In this document: positions 1 to 9,957 of the stretch, piece by piece
How positions within the stretch are numbered: position 1 is the first letter of the stretch
Layout: each line of letters opens with the position of its first letter
Source: Bacteroidia bacterium
GTDB lineage: Bacteria > Bacteroidota > Bacteroidia > SpSt-205
Length of the DNA stretch: 64,000 bases
Assembly: GCA_026414975.1 (NCBI GenBank)
Contig: JAOAHZ010000010.1
Span: 17,959-81,958 of the forward strand
Direction: 5' to 3'
Translations under genes and position numbers: made by a program
Notes under the pieces: model-generated
Told to the model about the DNA's origin: nothing
The model's input: only the letters and a program-made list of their open reading frames with translations
Database searches by the model: none

Positions 1-839
1 TGAGCTGAGTAAAAGGCCGAAAAGACCTTTTCACTGGTCAGGGTAAGACCCATAGGCAGGAATCCACCAGTTAACCCTTTTGATAAGCACAAGATGTCAG
101 GCTTTTCTTGACACTGGTCGGTAGCGAATAGAGTGCCTGTTCGTCCGAAGCCCGTGAATACCTCATCGGCGATAACTAAGGCCCCAGTTGCCCGCACGGT
201 TCGAGCTATGGCATCCCAATGACGAGAAGAATACACCCGCATACCCGCTGTACCCTGGAGGAGAGGTTCCCCAATAAAAGCCGCTATGTCTTGGCGAGAG
301 CTTATTGAATGCAGAGCGGCTTCTAAGGCGTCCTCATCTGTGGGAAAGGGCAGCCACTCCACCTCAAATAGATAATCGCTAAAAGCTTCAGTAAAAGTGG
401 TACGAGCTGATACGCTCATCGCTCCAAAAGTGTCCCCGTGATAAGCGCCTTCTAACGCAAGGATGCGGTGGCGCGGCTGGCCTTGATTGCGGAAATACTG
501 AAGGGCTACCTTGAGAGCTACCTCCACAGCTGTAGAGCCATCATCCGAAAAAAATACCCAAGGCAAACCCGTTAGACGATTTAGTTCCTCCGCAACCGCC
601 TCTGCCTTCGGATGAGTGAAATCTGCGAACAAAACTTGATCTAAAATCCGAGCCTGATGAGCTATAGCCTCGGCGATGTAAGGATGGCTATGACCGTGAA
701 TAGTAACCCACCAGGCGGACACCCCATCCCAGAAAACCCGTCCATCCGCCGCGTAGAGATAAGAGCCTTGGGCACGTACAATGTTAGGCGGCAAAGGAGC
801 TCCCTCGTAATGAGGGGTATAAGGTCTCCAAATCGGCAT
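1..839 (-). CDS. bioA: adenosylmethionine-8-amino-7-oxononanoate aminotransferase (class III PLP aminotransferase); 3' end cut by the window edge
   Basis: Not in the ORF track because it runs off the edge. My translation from the ATG at 839 reads [59 protein letters not shown]...[16 protein letters not shown]...[13 protein letters not shown], which shows BioA-type motifs. bioD lies at 6344. Confidence 0.8.
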   Translation of the reverse strand, partial: MPIWRPYTPHYEGAPLPPNIVRAQGSYLYAADGRVFWDGVSAWWVTIHGHSHPYIAEAIAHQARILDQVLFADFTHPKAEAVAEELNRLTGLPWVFFSDDGSTAVEVALKVALQYFRNQGQPRHRILALEGAYHGDTFGAMSVSARTTFTEAFSDYLFEVEWLPFPTDEDALEAALHSISSRQDIAAFIGEPLLQGTAGMRVYSSRHWDAIARTVRATGALVIADEVFTGFGRTGTLFATDQCQEKPDILCLSKGLTGGFLPMGLTLTSEKVFSAFYSA

Positions 840-849
840 ATGAGGAAGG

Positions 850-1989
850 TTAGACTTCAGACTCCCATATCCAGGTCGTATCCCTAAACACTGCCTCTAT
901 CCGAGTGGGCTGATCATGAGGCACAGCGCTGCCAATGACTTGCGCAGGGAGGTTATAGCTTTGCGCTAAGGAGATAAGCGATTCGGCCACCGTAGGCAGG
1001 ACATAAAGCTCCAAGCGATGCCCCATGTTCAGCACTTCAAAGAGCTCTGGCCAGGGTCTTCGGTTCTCCAGCAGAGCGAAAAGAGGCGACAAAGGGAAGA
1101 AGTTTTCCTTGCGGATAAGGGTACGAGGCAAGTACTTGAGAGCTTTTCGCTGTCCACCCCCTGTGCAATGAATCACGGCATAAATCCCTCTGCGATACTC
1201 TGCGTACGCTTCCCGCAGGAAGGGCAGATAAGTCCGAGTCGGAGAAGTGAGGAGACGCCCCAGAGGAATACCTTGCACCTCTTGAGTGAGATTGTATTCA
1301 CCTCGGTAGGGATCAGATAGTTCATCGGCAACGGTCTCGGGATATTTCTCCTTGTACATAGGATGGAGGAGAAGGTGGCGAATAGCCGTGATGCCATTAC
1401 ATCCTATGCCGCTGTTATATGCATCCTCATAAGTGGTTTGTCCGAAGCTGCCCAGTCCTACGATCCACAGCTCTGTATCGGGACGACTTATAGGTAGAAG
1501 CCGGTCTCGGGCTATGCGCACCGCTGCGGTCGCCTCTAAGCTGACCGTTCGCACGACATCAGGCATATCCGCCGTTTCCCCTCCAGCCACCCAAGCTGAA
1601 ATACCCTGCTTTCCAAGCCAATCTGCAAAAGCATAAATCCCTTGAATCAAAGCCTGAACGACATCATCGGGTATAAAGAAGGGATTACGAGCGATGGTGG
1701 TAGAAAAGACAAAGTTTTCCGTCGCCCCGACACAAGCCAGATCATCTGTATTCATGACAAGGGCATCTTGAGCGAGATGGTACCACACCTGCTCATCCCC
1801 AGTTTCCTTCCACCAGAGATAGGCAAGAATGCCTTTCGTACCCACCCCATCTGCGTGGAGGATAAAGCTATGCAGAGGGTCTCCAGCTAAGTCAGGACCG
1901 ACAGACACAAAATACCCTTGGGGATGGTAAGCCTTCAAGAAGGTCTTATGAGCGGAGACACCGAGGCTTCGATACCAATCCGACACCAT
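850..1989 (-). CDS. AIR synthase-related protein (PurM-like, Bacteroidota-type phosphoribosylformylglycinamidine cyclo-ligase family)
   Basis: 379-aa ORF. Contains GVSAHK...[22 protein letters not shown]...[17 protein letters not shown], typical of the PurM/AIR-synthase N-domain. Its stop is 10 nt before the bioA start. Confidence 0.65.
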   Translation of the reverse strand: MVSDWYRSLGVSAHKTFLKAYHPQGYFVSVGPDLAGDPLHSFILHADGVGTKGILAYLWWKETGDEQVWYHLAQDALVMNTDDLACVGATENFVFSTTIARNPFFIPDDVVQALIQGIYAFADWLGKQGISAWVAGGETADMPDVVRTVSLEATAAVRIARDRLLPISRPDTELWIVGLGSFGQTTYEDAYNSGIGCNGITAIRHLLLHPMYKEKYPETVADELSDPYRGEYNLTQEVQGIPLGRLLTSPTRTYLPFLREAYAEYRRGIYAVIHCTGGGQRKALKYLPRTLIRKENFFPLSPLFALLENRRPWPELFEVLNMGHRLELYVLPTVAESLISLAQSYNLPAQVIGSAVPHDQPTRIEAVFRDTTWIWESEV

Positions 1990-2206
1990 GCAACTGAGAT
2001 CAAGAGCTAAGTAAAGGATTTTGAGGAAAGTGTTTTGCTTGAAAGGGGATGTCTATTTGGCCAAGGCCTTGGCTCATGGACTGCCCGATGGTTCATGAGC
2101 TATTGGAGAATAGCTCTCTCCTTCGCCGTCCCAGACCGCTCAACCTCCTCATAAGTATCTGCCCGTGAGCTACGGAAGCATCCTTGGTACTTGAGACGAT
2201 ACCTTT

Positions 2207-3271
2207 CTACTTAGGTACAGACCAGAGCCATATGAAGGCCATACCGAAAAAGAGGATGTTAGGCAGCCATACGCCGACCCATACCCAAGTTCCCAATCCA
2301 CTGAATAGGCTTTTGGCTATCGCTAAAAGAAACACATAGATAAAGGCTAAAACCAGTCCCAAGCCTATTTGCCAAGCCACTCCTCCGCGTCGCTTCCGAG
2401 ACGCCGAAGCAAAACCCAACGCCGTCAGTCCAATCGTAGCCAAAGGAATGGCGATGCGCTCGTTTAGCTCTATTTCCAAGAGGTTAGCCACCTCTCCCCC
2501 TACATATCGCTGACGGCGGTATTCCGCCCAGAGGTCTGGAAAAGTCATCGTACGAGTATAGAGGTCGGAGCGAATAATGTCTTCCGGGGAGAGGGGCAAA
2601 GTCGTGTCCATCTGAGGTATATACCGCGGCGGCATGCCCTCCCTGAAATGCCATATTCGTAAAAATCGCCAACGCTTTAACTCCGATAGCCATTGGACCT
2701 CGTCGGCTGAAAATCGCTCTTTGATGCGGGAGCCTTCTATATACTCTATGTGTGCTCCGAAACCAATGTGGTCAAACTTATCAAACGCTCGCACGAAAAA
2801 GTATCCTTCTTTGGTGAGTTTGATATGCACCTGACGCTGGTCAAAGTACACGCGATTCTTGATGTACTTGTACTCAAACTCCTCGATGCGTCGGACATTA
2901 CGCGGCGTTACAAAGAGTTGTAAAGAAAGGCTTACCCCAGCAAGAACTCCCGCAGTGGCTAAATAGGGTACAAGGAGTCGCCAAAAACTAATCCCGCTCG
3001 CCAGGATGGCAACTATTTCTGAACGCTGAGCCAACCGAGAGGTGAAAAAAAGTACGGATAGAAATACCATGAGGGGTGTCAGCAGATTGGCGTAAAAAGG
3101 GATGAAGTTCTGATAGTAACGCCAGAGAACTCTGAACGGTACTTGCCGCTCTACAAAATCATCTATTTTCTCTGCTACATCTATAGCGACTAAAACCACG
3201 ACTAAAAGGGCCAGGCTTCCAAAAAAACTGATCAGAAAGCCTTTTATGATATACCTATCCAATCGCCGCAA
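2207..3271 (-). CDS. LptF/LptG family LPS export permease
   Basis: 354 aa. The N-terminus MRRLDRYIIKGFL plus multiple TM segments is the YjgP/YjgQ pattern. Uses a TTG start. Confidence 0.7.
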   Translation of the reverse strand: MRRLDRYIIKGFLISFFGSLALLVVVLVAIDVAEKIDDFVERQVPFRVLWRYYQNFIPFYANLLTPLMVFLSVLFFTSRLAQRSEIVAILASGISFWRLLVPYLATAGVLAGVSLSLQLFVTPRNVRRIEEFEYKYIKNRVYFDQRQVHIKLTKEGYFFVRAFDKFDHIGFGAHIEYIEGSRIKERFSADEVQWLSELKRWRFLRIWHFREGMPPRYIPQMDTTLPLSPEDIIRSDLYTRTMTFPDLWAEYRRQRYVGGEVANLLEIELNERIAIPLATIGLTALGFASASRKRRGGVAWQIGLGLVLAFIYVFLLAIAKSLFSGLGTWVWVGVWLPNILFFGMAFIWLWSVPK

Positions 3272-3329
3272 GGTTCTTTAGGATTTGCAGTAAGGCTGAT
3301 AGGAAGCAGGGTTTAAGAAGGCTGTCAGC

Positions 3330-5027
3330 TTAGTTCTCGGAAAGAGGGTTTGCAGGCTGGCGAGAATCTCCCTGTCTCAGGGCAGAGTACCAATAGCCAT
3401 AAGCGAAGTAAAGCAGGAATCCCACGGCTACCCATACACCCAATCGAACCCAGTTATCTATGCCTAACTCTATGATTAGATATACCGCACTGAGCATGCC
3501 CAAGATAGGGAGAAGGGATAGATTGTACCGCACCGTAAAGTACCCCACGATACATAAGATGAGGAGCAAGACCCGATATTTCCAATAAGCACCGCCTTTG
3601 GACAGAGCCCACAGGTCGCGAAAAATGTTGGGGTTGAGCTGATAGGCCCATAGAAGACCTGCACCTAAAGAGATTAGGAAGGGCCAGCGCCCAGGTATTT
3701 TAGGCACGCGAAAGCGCGGCGCATATCCAGGTGGAGGCTTGTGATGAAGGTAAGCTACCCCAGCGCTAACTATCGCAAAGGCCATGAGTGTTCCCATGCT
3801 AGTCATATCTACGACCGTATGAAGCGAGGAGAAAAACAAGGAAACAGCCACCACAAGGCCCGTAAGCAGGGTGGATACATGAGGCGTACGATACTTGGGA
3901 TGAATGCGTCCAAATACAGGAGGGAGCAGCCCATCTCTACTCATCGCATACCAAATGCGAGGCTGCCCAACCTGAAAGACCAAAAGTACGCTGGCCATGG
4001 CTACCACAGCACTGACGGCAACAACTCCCATGAGAGCTTGCTGAATGCGGGTAGAGATAGGTAGTTTTTTGAATATGTGAGCCAAGGGGTCAGCTACCGC
4101 CAACTCTGAGTAAGGAGCAAGCCCCGTCAATACCAGTGCAACCGCTACATAAAGAAGCGTACAGAGGGTAAGCGATAGTATCATAGCTAAGGGCAGGTCT
4201 CTCTTGGGATTACGAGCCTCCTCCGCTGTGGTGGATAAGGCATCAAAGCCGATGTAGGCGAAGAAAACCGCACCCACCCCTCGCATCATACCCGAAAAAC
4301 CATTGGGCATGAAGTCTAACCACCGTTTAGCATCTACGAAAAAAGCCCCAACAGCAATAACCAAAAGTATAGCGCCGATCTTAGCCGCTACGAGCAGATT
4401 GTTGGTCAGGCGAGTCTCCTTTATGCCGATGTAAGCGATAGCCGTTACGATAGCTGTAATCAGCAGGGCAGGTAGGTTCATTACTAAGGGAATGCCTAAA
4501 AGCCGCGGTGCAGCCACCCAGGCTTCATAGGCGGGCCTCATGGCGGGGTCCTGCGTCTGTATAAACACTTGGGCTTCTCGCCAGAGGGAGAGGGGATCTC
4601 GGACTAAATACGGGGGAATAGACAGACCCCAGCTATTCAGCAGAGCCTGAAAGTACCCAGACCAAGAAATAGCTACCGCTACATTGCCCACAGCATACTC
4701 TAAGACCAGCATCCAGCCCACTATCCAAGCCAGCAGTTCCCCAAAAACGATGTAAGTGTAAGTGTAGGCACTTCCAGAGAGAGGCACGCTGGAAGCCATT
4801 TCAGCATAAGATAAGGCCGAAAGACCTGCGACGATAGCCCCTATGACAAATACCAGCGTCACGGAGGAACCAGCAGCTGCAGCTGCTTCGCCAATCGTGC
4901 TAAATATGCCCGCTCCGATTACAGCGGCTATGCCTATGGCCGTCAAATCTAGAACCGATAAAACACGGCGTAAGGGAAGCGTGTCAGGAACTGTAAGGGG
5001 CTTGCGCCGAAAGAGAGACGAGCTCAC
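3330..5027 (-). CDS. APC-family amino acid permease
   Basis: 565 aa, about 12 or more hydrophobic segments, N-terminal GIAAVIGAGIFSTIGEAA motif. Confidence 0.75.
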   Translation of the reverse strand: MSSSLFRRKPLTVPDTLPLRRVLSVLDLTAIGIAAVIGAGIFSTIGEAAAAAGSSVTLVFVIGAIVAGLSALSYAEMASSVPLSGSAYTYTYIVFGELLAWIVGWMLVLEYAVGNVAVAISWSGYFQALLNSWGLSIPPYLVRDPLSLWREAQVFIQTQDPAMRPAYEAWVAAPRLLGIPLVMNLPALLITAIVTAIAYIGIKETRLTNNLLVAAKIGAILLVIAVGAFFVDAKRWLDFMPNGFSGMMRGVGAVFFAYIGFDALSTTAEEARNPKRDLPLAMILSLTLCTLLYVAVALVLTGLAPYSELAVADPLAHIFKKLPISTRIQQALMGVVAVSAVVAMASVLLVFQVGQPRIWYAMSRDGLLPPVFGRIHPKYRTPHVSTLLTGLVVAVSLFFSSLHTVVDMTSMGTLMAFAIVSAGVAYLHHKPPPGYAPRFRVPKIPGRWPFLISLGAGLLWAYQLNPNIFRDLWALSKGGAYWKYRVLLLILCIVGYFTVRYNLSLLPILGMLSAVYLIIELGIDNWVRLGVWVAVGFLLYFAYGYWYSALRQGDSRQPANPLSEN

Positions 5028-6310
5028 CCGCGCTTTGCGATTGGGATATACTCTCGCAATGTAGCACCTGTGTAAATCTGACGAGGCCGCACAATGGGTT
5101 CTCCTGCCCTACGCATTTCCCACCACTGAGCTAGCCACCCAGCTAACCGCCCAAAAGCAAACATCACTGTAAACATCTCTACGGGTATCCCTATCGCCCT
5201 GTAAATGATCCCTGAGTAAAAATCTACATTAGGGTACAGCCGCCGCTCTATGAAATAGGGGTCACTCAGAGCAACTTCCTCTAGCTTTTTAGCAATATCT
5301 AATACAGGATCGTGAATGCCTAAAATATTCAGCACTTGGTCAGCAGCCTGCTTAATAATCTTGGCTCGCGGGTCAAAGTTCTTGTACACCCGATGACCGA
5401 ACCCCATAAGCCGAAATGGATCATTCTTATCTTTGGCTTTATCAATCCACTTGTAGATGTTGCCTCCATCAGCCTTGATCATCTCGAGCATTTCAATAAC
5501 CTCCTGGTTAGCGCCTCCATGCAGAGGTCCCCATAGCGCACATATGCCCGCTGAGACAGAGGCATAAATGTTAGCTAAAGAAGAACCAACTGCCCGTACT
5601 GTACTGGTGGAGCAGTTTTGCTCGTGGTCTGCATGCAGAATAAGCAGCTTATTCAGGGCATCTACCACGTGAGGGTCTGGTTCGTAATCATAGGTTGGCA
5701 TGCCAAACATCATATACAGAAAGTTTTCCACATAGGAGCGTTCATTCCGAGGGTATATGTAGGGGTGCCCTTTCCTTTTCTTATAGATCCAAGCAATGAG
5801 CGTAGGTACCTTGGCAAGCAGGCGAATGATATTTCGCTCAATCACTTCGTCTGGTGCGTAAGGGTCCAGAGACTCGGGGTAAAAGGACGACAGCGAGCAT
5901 ACCACCGACGCTAATATGCCCATCGGATGAGCCGAAGACGGAAACCCGTCGAAAAACTTCTTGATATCTTCATGGATAAGAGTGCGCTCCTTAATCCGAT
6001 CTTCAAAATGCTCTAACTGGGCACGAGTAGGCAGCTCGCCATAAATAAGAAGGTATGCCACCTCTAAATACGAAGAGAATTCAGCAAGCTGCTCTATGGG
6101 ATAGCCTCTATATCGCAAGATGCCTTGCTCACCGTCAATAAAGGTAATCTGACTGATGGTTGAGCCAGTATTTTTGTATCCGACATCTAATGTGATATAG
6201 CCTGTCTTATCCCGCAGCTTGCTAATATCCAGAGCTTTTTCTCCTTCCGAGCCTGTTAGAATGTCTAATTCATACGCCTGATCGCCAAGGTGAAGCAAGG
6301 CTTTCTCCAT
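5024..6310 (-). CDS. gltA: citrate synthase
   Basis: The ORF track gives 5024..6448. I prefer the internal Met (MEKALLHLGDQAYELDIL), which gives about 428 aa, because the longer form overlaps the bioD start and promoter. Contains GPLHGGANQ and MGFGHRVYK motifs. Confidence 0.85.
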   Translation of the reverse strand: MEKALLHLGDQAYELDILTGSEGEKALDISKLRDKTGYITLDVGYKNTGSTISQITFIDGEQGILRYRGYPIEQLAEFSSYLEVAYLLIYGELPTRAQLEHFEDRIKERTLIHEDIKKFFDGFPSSAHPMGILASVVCSLSSFYPESLDPYAPDEVIERNIIRLLAKVPTLIAWIYKKRKGHPYIYPRNERSYVENFLYMMFGMPTYDYEPDPHVVDALNKLLILHADHEQNCSTSTVRAVGSSLANIYASVSAGICALWGPLHGGANQEVIEMLEMIKADGGNIYKWIDKAKDKNDPFRLMGFGHRVYKNFDPRAKIIKQAADQVLNILGIHDPVLDIAKKLEEVALSDPYFIERRLYPNVDFYSGIIYRAIGIPVEMFTVMFAFGRLAGWLAQWWEMRRAGEPIVRPRQIYTGATLREYIPIAKRG

Positions 6311-6331
6311 GCGGCGAAAATACGGAGAAAG

Positions 6332-6339
6332 TACCTTTG
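6332..6339 (+). promoter_or_regulatory. -7 box TACCTTTG (TAnnTTTG), 4 nt before the bioD ATG
   Basis: Read directly; coordinates anchored on the ORF-track frame. Confidence 0.6.
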
Positions 6340-6343
6340 CTTT

Positions 6344-6952
6344 ATGAAAGGTCTCATCGTGACGGGCATTCATACTGATGTTGGCAAGACGCGCATAGCG
6401 GCTACCCTGGCGGCCGGTCTGAAATGGCCTTACTGGAAGCCCGTCCAAACAGGCACACCGACCGATACAGCCACAGTCAGCCAGTGGGGCATTCCAACTT
6501 ACCCTGAGAGATATCGGTTTGCTCTACCCGCTGCTCCCTTGATAGCCGCTCAAGCGGAAAAGACTCACATAGACTGGGGGCTACTCTGCGCTCCACCCCC
6601 CGATGAACCCCTAGTAATAGAAGGGGCCGGAGGATTGTACGTGCCTGTGACCCCTGATTACTTCCTCATAGACTTGTTTGCTCAGTGGAAGCTGCCTGTG
6701 GTCCTTGTCGTGCGTCCTTATCTCGGCGCAATGAACCATACTTGGTTATCTCTGGAGGCGCTTCGCCGACGAGCCATACCTCTATTAGGGATTGTTCTAA
6801 ATGGAACAACCGGCGACCCCAGTGAAACCTACTTTAGGAAAACTTTCACGCTGCTGGGAGAACTCCCTTGGGATGAAGGTCCTTTTCATCCCGAAAGGGC
6901 TTTCCATGAGAGCGGCTTGGCAAAGAGCTTAGCAGGAAAAGGATACGCTTAG
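6344..6952 (+). CDS. bioD: dethiobiotin synthase
   Basis: MKGLIVTGIHTDVGKT P-loop. The start is chosen 4 nt after the TACCTTTG box; the track ORF starts at 6290. Confidence 0.8.
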   Translation: MKGLIVTGIHTDVGKTRIAATLAAGLKWPYWKPVQTGTPTDTATVSQWGIPTYPERYRFALPAAPLIAAQAEKTHIDWGLLCAPPPDEPLVIEGAGGLYVPVTPDYFLIDLFAQWKLPVVLVVRPYLGAMNHTWLSLEALRRRAIPLLGIVLNGTTGDPSETYFRKTFTLLGELPWDEGPFHPERAFHESGLAKSLAGKGYA

Positions 6953-7143
6953 CGCCTTGAGGATGTGATATTAGTGAGTCTCGCCCTAACCGCATAGAAC
7001 CTACCCGGCAACGGGTTAGACTCAGAAGGCAAAACTTTTAGCCGAACCTCTAAAGTCAGAGTTTTCTCGGGGAGGAAGTGCGCAGACATGCTCCGATAAT
7101 CACGAAGGCTTTATCTCATCAGAGAGCAGAAACTAAATGCACC

Positions 7144-8484
7144 TCACCCCTTCCGACGAAACAGCGGGTGAGCCTGCCGAGGGTCGCGTCCTTGGGCTTG
7201 AAACTTATTCAGACTTCTCAAGAGCTTCTTCATCTGCTCAAACTCACGCAAGAGCTGATTGACTTGCTGGATGGAGGTGCCACTGCCCATAGCTATTCTC
7301 CTTCGCCTGGAGCCGTTGATGATAGAAGGGTTACGACGCTCCTCGGGCGTCATAGAAAGAATAATAGCTTCTATGTGCTTGAAGGTTTTCTCATCCAAAT
7401 CCACATCTTTCATTTGAGCGAAGCCGGGTATCATTGAGAGAAGGTCGCGTATGTTCCCCATCTTCTTGATGGTCCGAAGTTGATCTAGCATGTCTTCCAA
7501 GTCAAACTTATTCTTCCGAAGTTTTTCTTGGAGCTTTTGGGACTTTTCGGCATCATATTGAGCCTGGGCTTTTTCTACGAAGGAGATGATATCCCCCATA
7601 CCTAAAATGCGGCTGGCGATCCGATCGGGGTAAAAAGGCGATAAGTCCTCGGGCTTTTCTCCTGTACCAATGAACTTGATGGGTAGGCCTGTGTCAGCCC
7701 GCAGAGATAGCGCTGCCCCTCCCCGAGCGTCTCCATCCATCTTGGAGAGTATAAAGCCAGAAAGGGGTATAACCTCACGGAAGGCTCGGGCGGTAACTAA
7801 TGCATCTTGACCCGTCATGGCATCCAAAACGAGGAGAATCTCCGTGGGTCGGAGCGCCTCAGCCATGAGCCGCAGCTCCCTCATCAGCTCTGCGTCGGGG
7901 GTCTGCCGACCCGCTGTATCTACGATGACCACCTCTCGGGCTTTCTCTTTAGCTTCAGCTAAGCCCCTCTGAACCAAAGCTATCGCATCTGCAGCATTCT
8001 CTTCTCGGTAGCAGGGTACTCCTATTTTTTCTGCCAGGACAGACAGCTGCTCAGCGGCGGCCGGACGATAAATATCAGCCGCTATGAGGAAGGGCGCACG
8101 TCCTTGCCCCTTGAGATAGAGAGCAAGCTTAGCCGCGAAAGTCGTCTTACCGGCACCATTGAGTCCTACTACCATGTAGATGGTGGGAGGTATGGCTCCG
8201 TAACGAAGCGGCTCTTGCTTTTCCCCTAAAAGCTTGACCAGTTCATCATATATAATCTTCACGAAAAGTTGTGCGGGTGAGATAGATTTGATAACTTCTT
8301 GACCAATAGCTTGCTGTTTGACCTGCTCGGTGAAATCCTTGACAATCTTGTAATTCACATCTGCTTCCAAAAGAGCCCGCCGCACTTCCTTGAGGGCATC
8401 GTTAATGTTGGCTTCTGTGATTCGCGCCCGCCCAGCCAAGCTCCGAAAGGTCTCCGATAGCCGTTCTGCTATGGCTTCAAACAT
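7144..8484 (-). CDS. ffh: signal recognition particle protein Ffh
   Basis: MFEAIAERLSETFRSL..., GLNGAGKTT, DTAGR, and a Met-rich M-domain. The start at 8484 is supported by a -7 box 6 nt upstream. Confidence 0.9.
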   Translation of the reverse strand: MFEAIAERLSETFRSLAGRARITEANINDALKEVRRALLEADVNYKIVKDFTEQVKQQAIGQEVIKSISPAQLFVKIIYDELVKLLGEKQEPLRYGAIPPTIYMVVGLNGAGKTTFAAKLALYLKGQGRAPFLIAADIYRPAAAEQLSVLAEKIGVPCYREENAADAIALVQRGLAEAKEKAREVVIVDTAGRQTPDAELMRELRLMAEALRPTEILLVLDAMTGQDALVTARAFREVIPLSGFILSKMDGDARGGAALSLRADTGLPIKFIGTGEKPEDLSPFYPDRIASRILGMGDIISFVEKAQAQYDAEKSQKLQEKLRKNKFDLEDMLDQLRTIKKMGNIRDLLSMIPGFAQMKDVDLDEKTFKHIEAIILSMTPEERRNPSIINGSRRRRIAMGSGTSIQQVNQLLREFEQMKKLLRSLNKFQAQGRDPRQAHPLFRRKG

Positions 8485-8490
8485 ATCGGG

Positions 8491-8498
8491 CAAAGATA
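8491..8498 (-). promoter_or_regulatory. -7 box TATCTTTG, 6 nt before the ffh ATG (8484)
   Basis: Plus strand reads caaagata. Confidence 0.6.
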
Positions 8499-8539
8499 CT
8501 ATACGCTTGATAGAGAGGCTCACTAAGGGGCCCTTCCTC

Positions 8540-8547
8540 TACCTTTG
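8540..8547 (+). promoter_or_regulatory. -7 box TACCTTTG, 4 nt before the asnS ATG (8552)
   Basis: Read directly. Confidence 0.6.
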
Positions 8548-8551
8548 CAGC

Positions 8552-9952
8552 ATGTCAGGAGGTCCTCCGCCGACTATAGCGGAGATTTACGCTAAGCCCC
8601 CAGTGAACCAAGTCATACAAATCTCCGGTTGGGTAAGGACACGGCGGACCACGCGAGCCATTAGCTTTGTAGAACTTCAGGATGGCTCTACTCTCAAATC
8701 TCTCCAAATCGTCATGTCTCATCAGCAAATCCCACGAGAACGCATTGAATGTGAGCTTCATACAGGTGCCGCTATCACCGTACAAGGCTTACTTCGAGCA
8801 ACCCCGGATCGCCCCCAACCTTTTGAGATAGAGGCTCAAGCGTTTTCACTTCACGGAGCAGTGGACCCCGAGACTTACCCTCTCCAAAAGAAGGCTCACT
8901 CATTAGAGTTCCTGAGAGAAATTACCCACCTGCGCCCGCGTACTCGTACTTTTCAAGCCATTTTTCGTATTCGCAGCGGTGTCTCCTTCGCTATACATCA
9001 ATACTTACAATCTCAAGGCTTTGTATATGTTCATACGCCGATTTTGACCCCATCTGACTGCGAAGGAGCGGGACAACTTTTTCAAGTTACTACCCTCCCC
9101 CTCGCAGCGGTGCCTAAGCATCCCGACGGAAGAGTAGCTTATGAGAAGGATTTTTTCGGCCAGCCCGCCTATCTCACGGTAAGCGGCCAGTTGGAAGGAG
9201 AGTTATTAGCCATGGGTCTGACCCGGATCTACACTTTCGGACCTACCTTCAGGGCTGAACCGTCTCATACGCCCCGCCACTTAGCGGAATTCTGGATGAT
9301 AGAGCCAGAAATGGCCTTCTATGACCTCACTTTGACAATGGACTTGGCTGAGGATTTCCTCCGGTATCTCATTCGCTACGCTTTGGAGCACTTCCCTGAG
9401 GAACTAACCTTCTTGACTGAGCGATATGAGCCGCGCCTGATTGATGAACTACAGACAGCCAGCTCCCAACCCTTCATGCGGCTCTCTTATACCGAAGCCA
9501 TTGAGATTTTGAAAAAAAGCGGGCGAGCGTTTCAGTTTCCAACTGAATGGGGAAGCGACCTCCAAGCAGAACATGAACGCTACCTTGTAGAGGAGTATGC
9601 CTCCGGACGCCCCATAATAGTGTATAACTATCCCCAAGCCATCAAGGCGTTCTACATGCGGCAAAACGAAGATGGGAAAACGGTGGCTTCTTTTGATGTA
9701 CTTTTTCCTCGGATTGGAGAGGTGATAGGGGGCTCTCAACGGGAGGAACGCTATGATCGCCTTCTGCGGCGCATGGAGGAGCTGGGCATGCCTCTTCTTC
9801 CGTATCAAGCCTATTTAGACACAAGGCGTTATGGTACGGCCCCCCATAGCGGATTTGGATTAGGACTAGAGCGACTGCTTCTCTTCCTTACAGGCATGAC
9901 GAACGTGCGAGATGTGATTCCCTTTTTTCGGGCAGCAGGTCAAATGGGCTGA
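8552..9952 (+). CDS. asnS: asparagine--tRNA ligase
   Basis: FRAEPSHTPRHLAEFWMIEPEMAF and GGSQREER class II motifs. The start at 8552 follows TACCTTTG by 4 nt. The track's 5' extension overlaps ffh. Confidence 0.9.
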   Translation: MSGGPPPTIAEIYAKPPVNQVIQISGWVRTRRTTRAISFVELQDGSTLKSLQIVMSHQQIPRERIECELHTGAAITVQGLLRATPDRPQPFEIEAQAFSLHGAVDPETYPLQKKAHSLEFLREITHLRPRTRTFQAIFRIRSGVSFAIHQYLQSQGFVYVHTPILTPSDCEGAGQLFQVTTLPLAAVPKHPDGRVAYEKDFFGQPAYLTVSGQLEGELLAMGLTRIYTFGPTFRAEPSHTPRHLAEFWMIEPEMAFYDLTLTMDLAEDFLRYLIRYALEHFPEELTFLTERYEPRLIDELQTASSQPFMRLSYTEAIEILKKSGRAFQFPTEWGSDLQAEHERYLVEEYASGRPIIVYNYPQAIKAFYMRQNEDGKTVASFDVLFPRIGEVIGGSQREERYDRLLRRMEELGMPLLPYQAYLDTRRYGTAPHSGFGLGLERLLLFLTGMTNVRDVIPFFRAAGQMG

Positions 9953-9957
9953 AAACG

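Noticed and set aside
2060-2073. 14-nt perfect palindrome GCCAAGGCCTTGGC downstream of the LptF/G gene, and a 5-bp stem (GAGGG-CTTAT-CCCTC) at 54732-54746
   Set aside because: They are too short or weak and lack U-tracts, so they cannot be distinguished from chance palindromes.
6978-6992. Shared 11-mer TCGCCCTAACC in two intergenic regions (about 6980 and about 24102) as a possible dispersed repeat
   Set aside because: Hundreds of chance 11-mer matches are expected within 128 kb of two-strand sequence, and the flanks do not align.
6953-7143. Possible SRP (4.5S) RNA or other ncRNA in the 190-nt spacer next to ffh
   Set aside because: On neither strand could I find the conserved domain IV motif (GGAA tetraloop flanked by AGCA/GCAGC-type symmetric loop sequences). 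Only weak interrupted stems are present.
8390-8551. Long 5' extensions of track ORFs: asnS from 8390, gltA to 6448, fabH from 20338, ffh to 8523, the kinase to 36710, nadB from 56055, the M1 peptidase from 60648 and the STAS gene from 46358
   Set aside because: The extensions overlap divergent or upstream genes, or lie upstream of the -7 promoter box. The internal starts give canonical protein N-termini.
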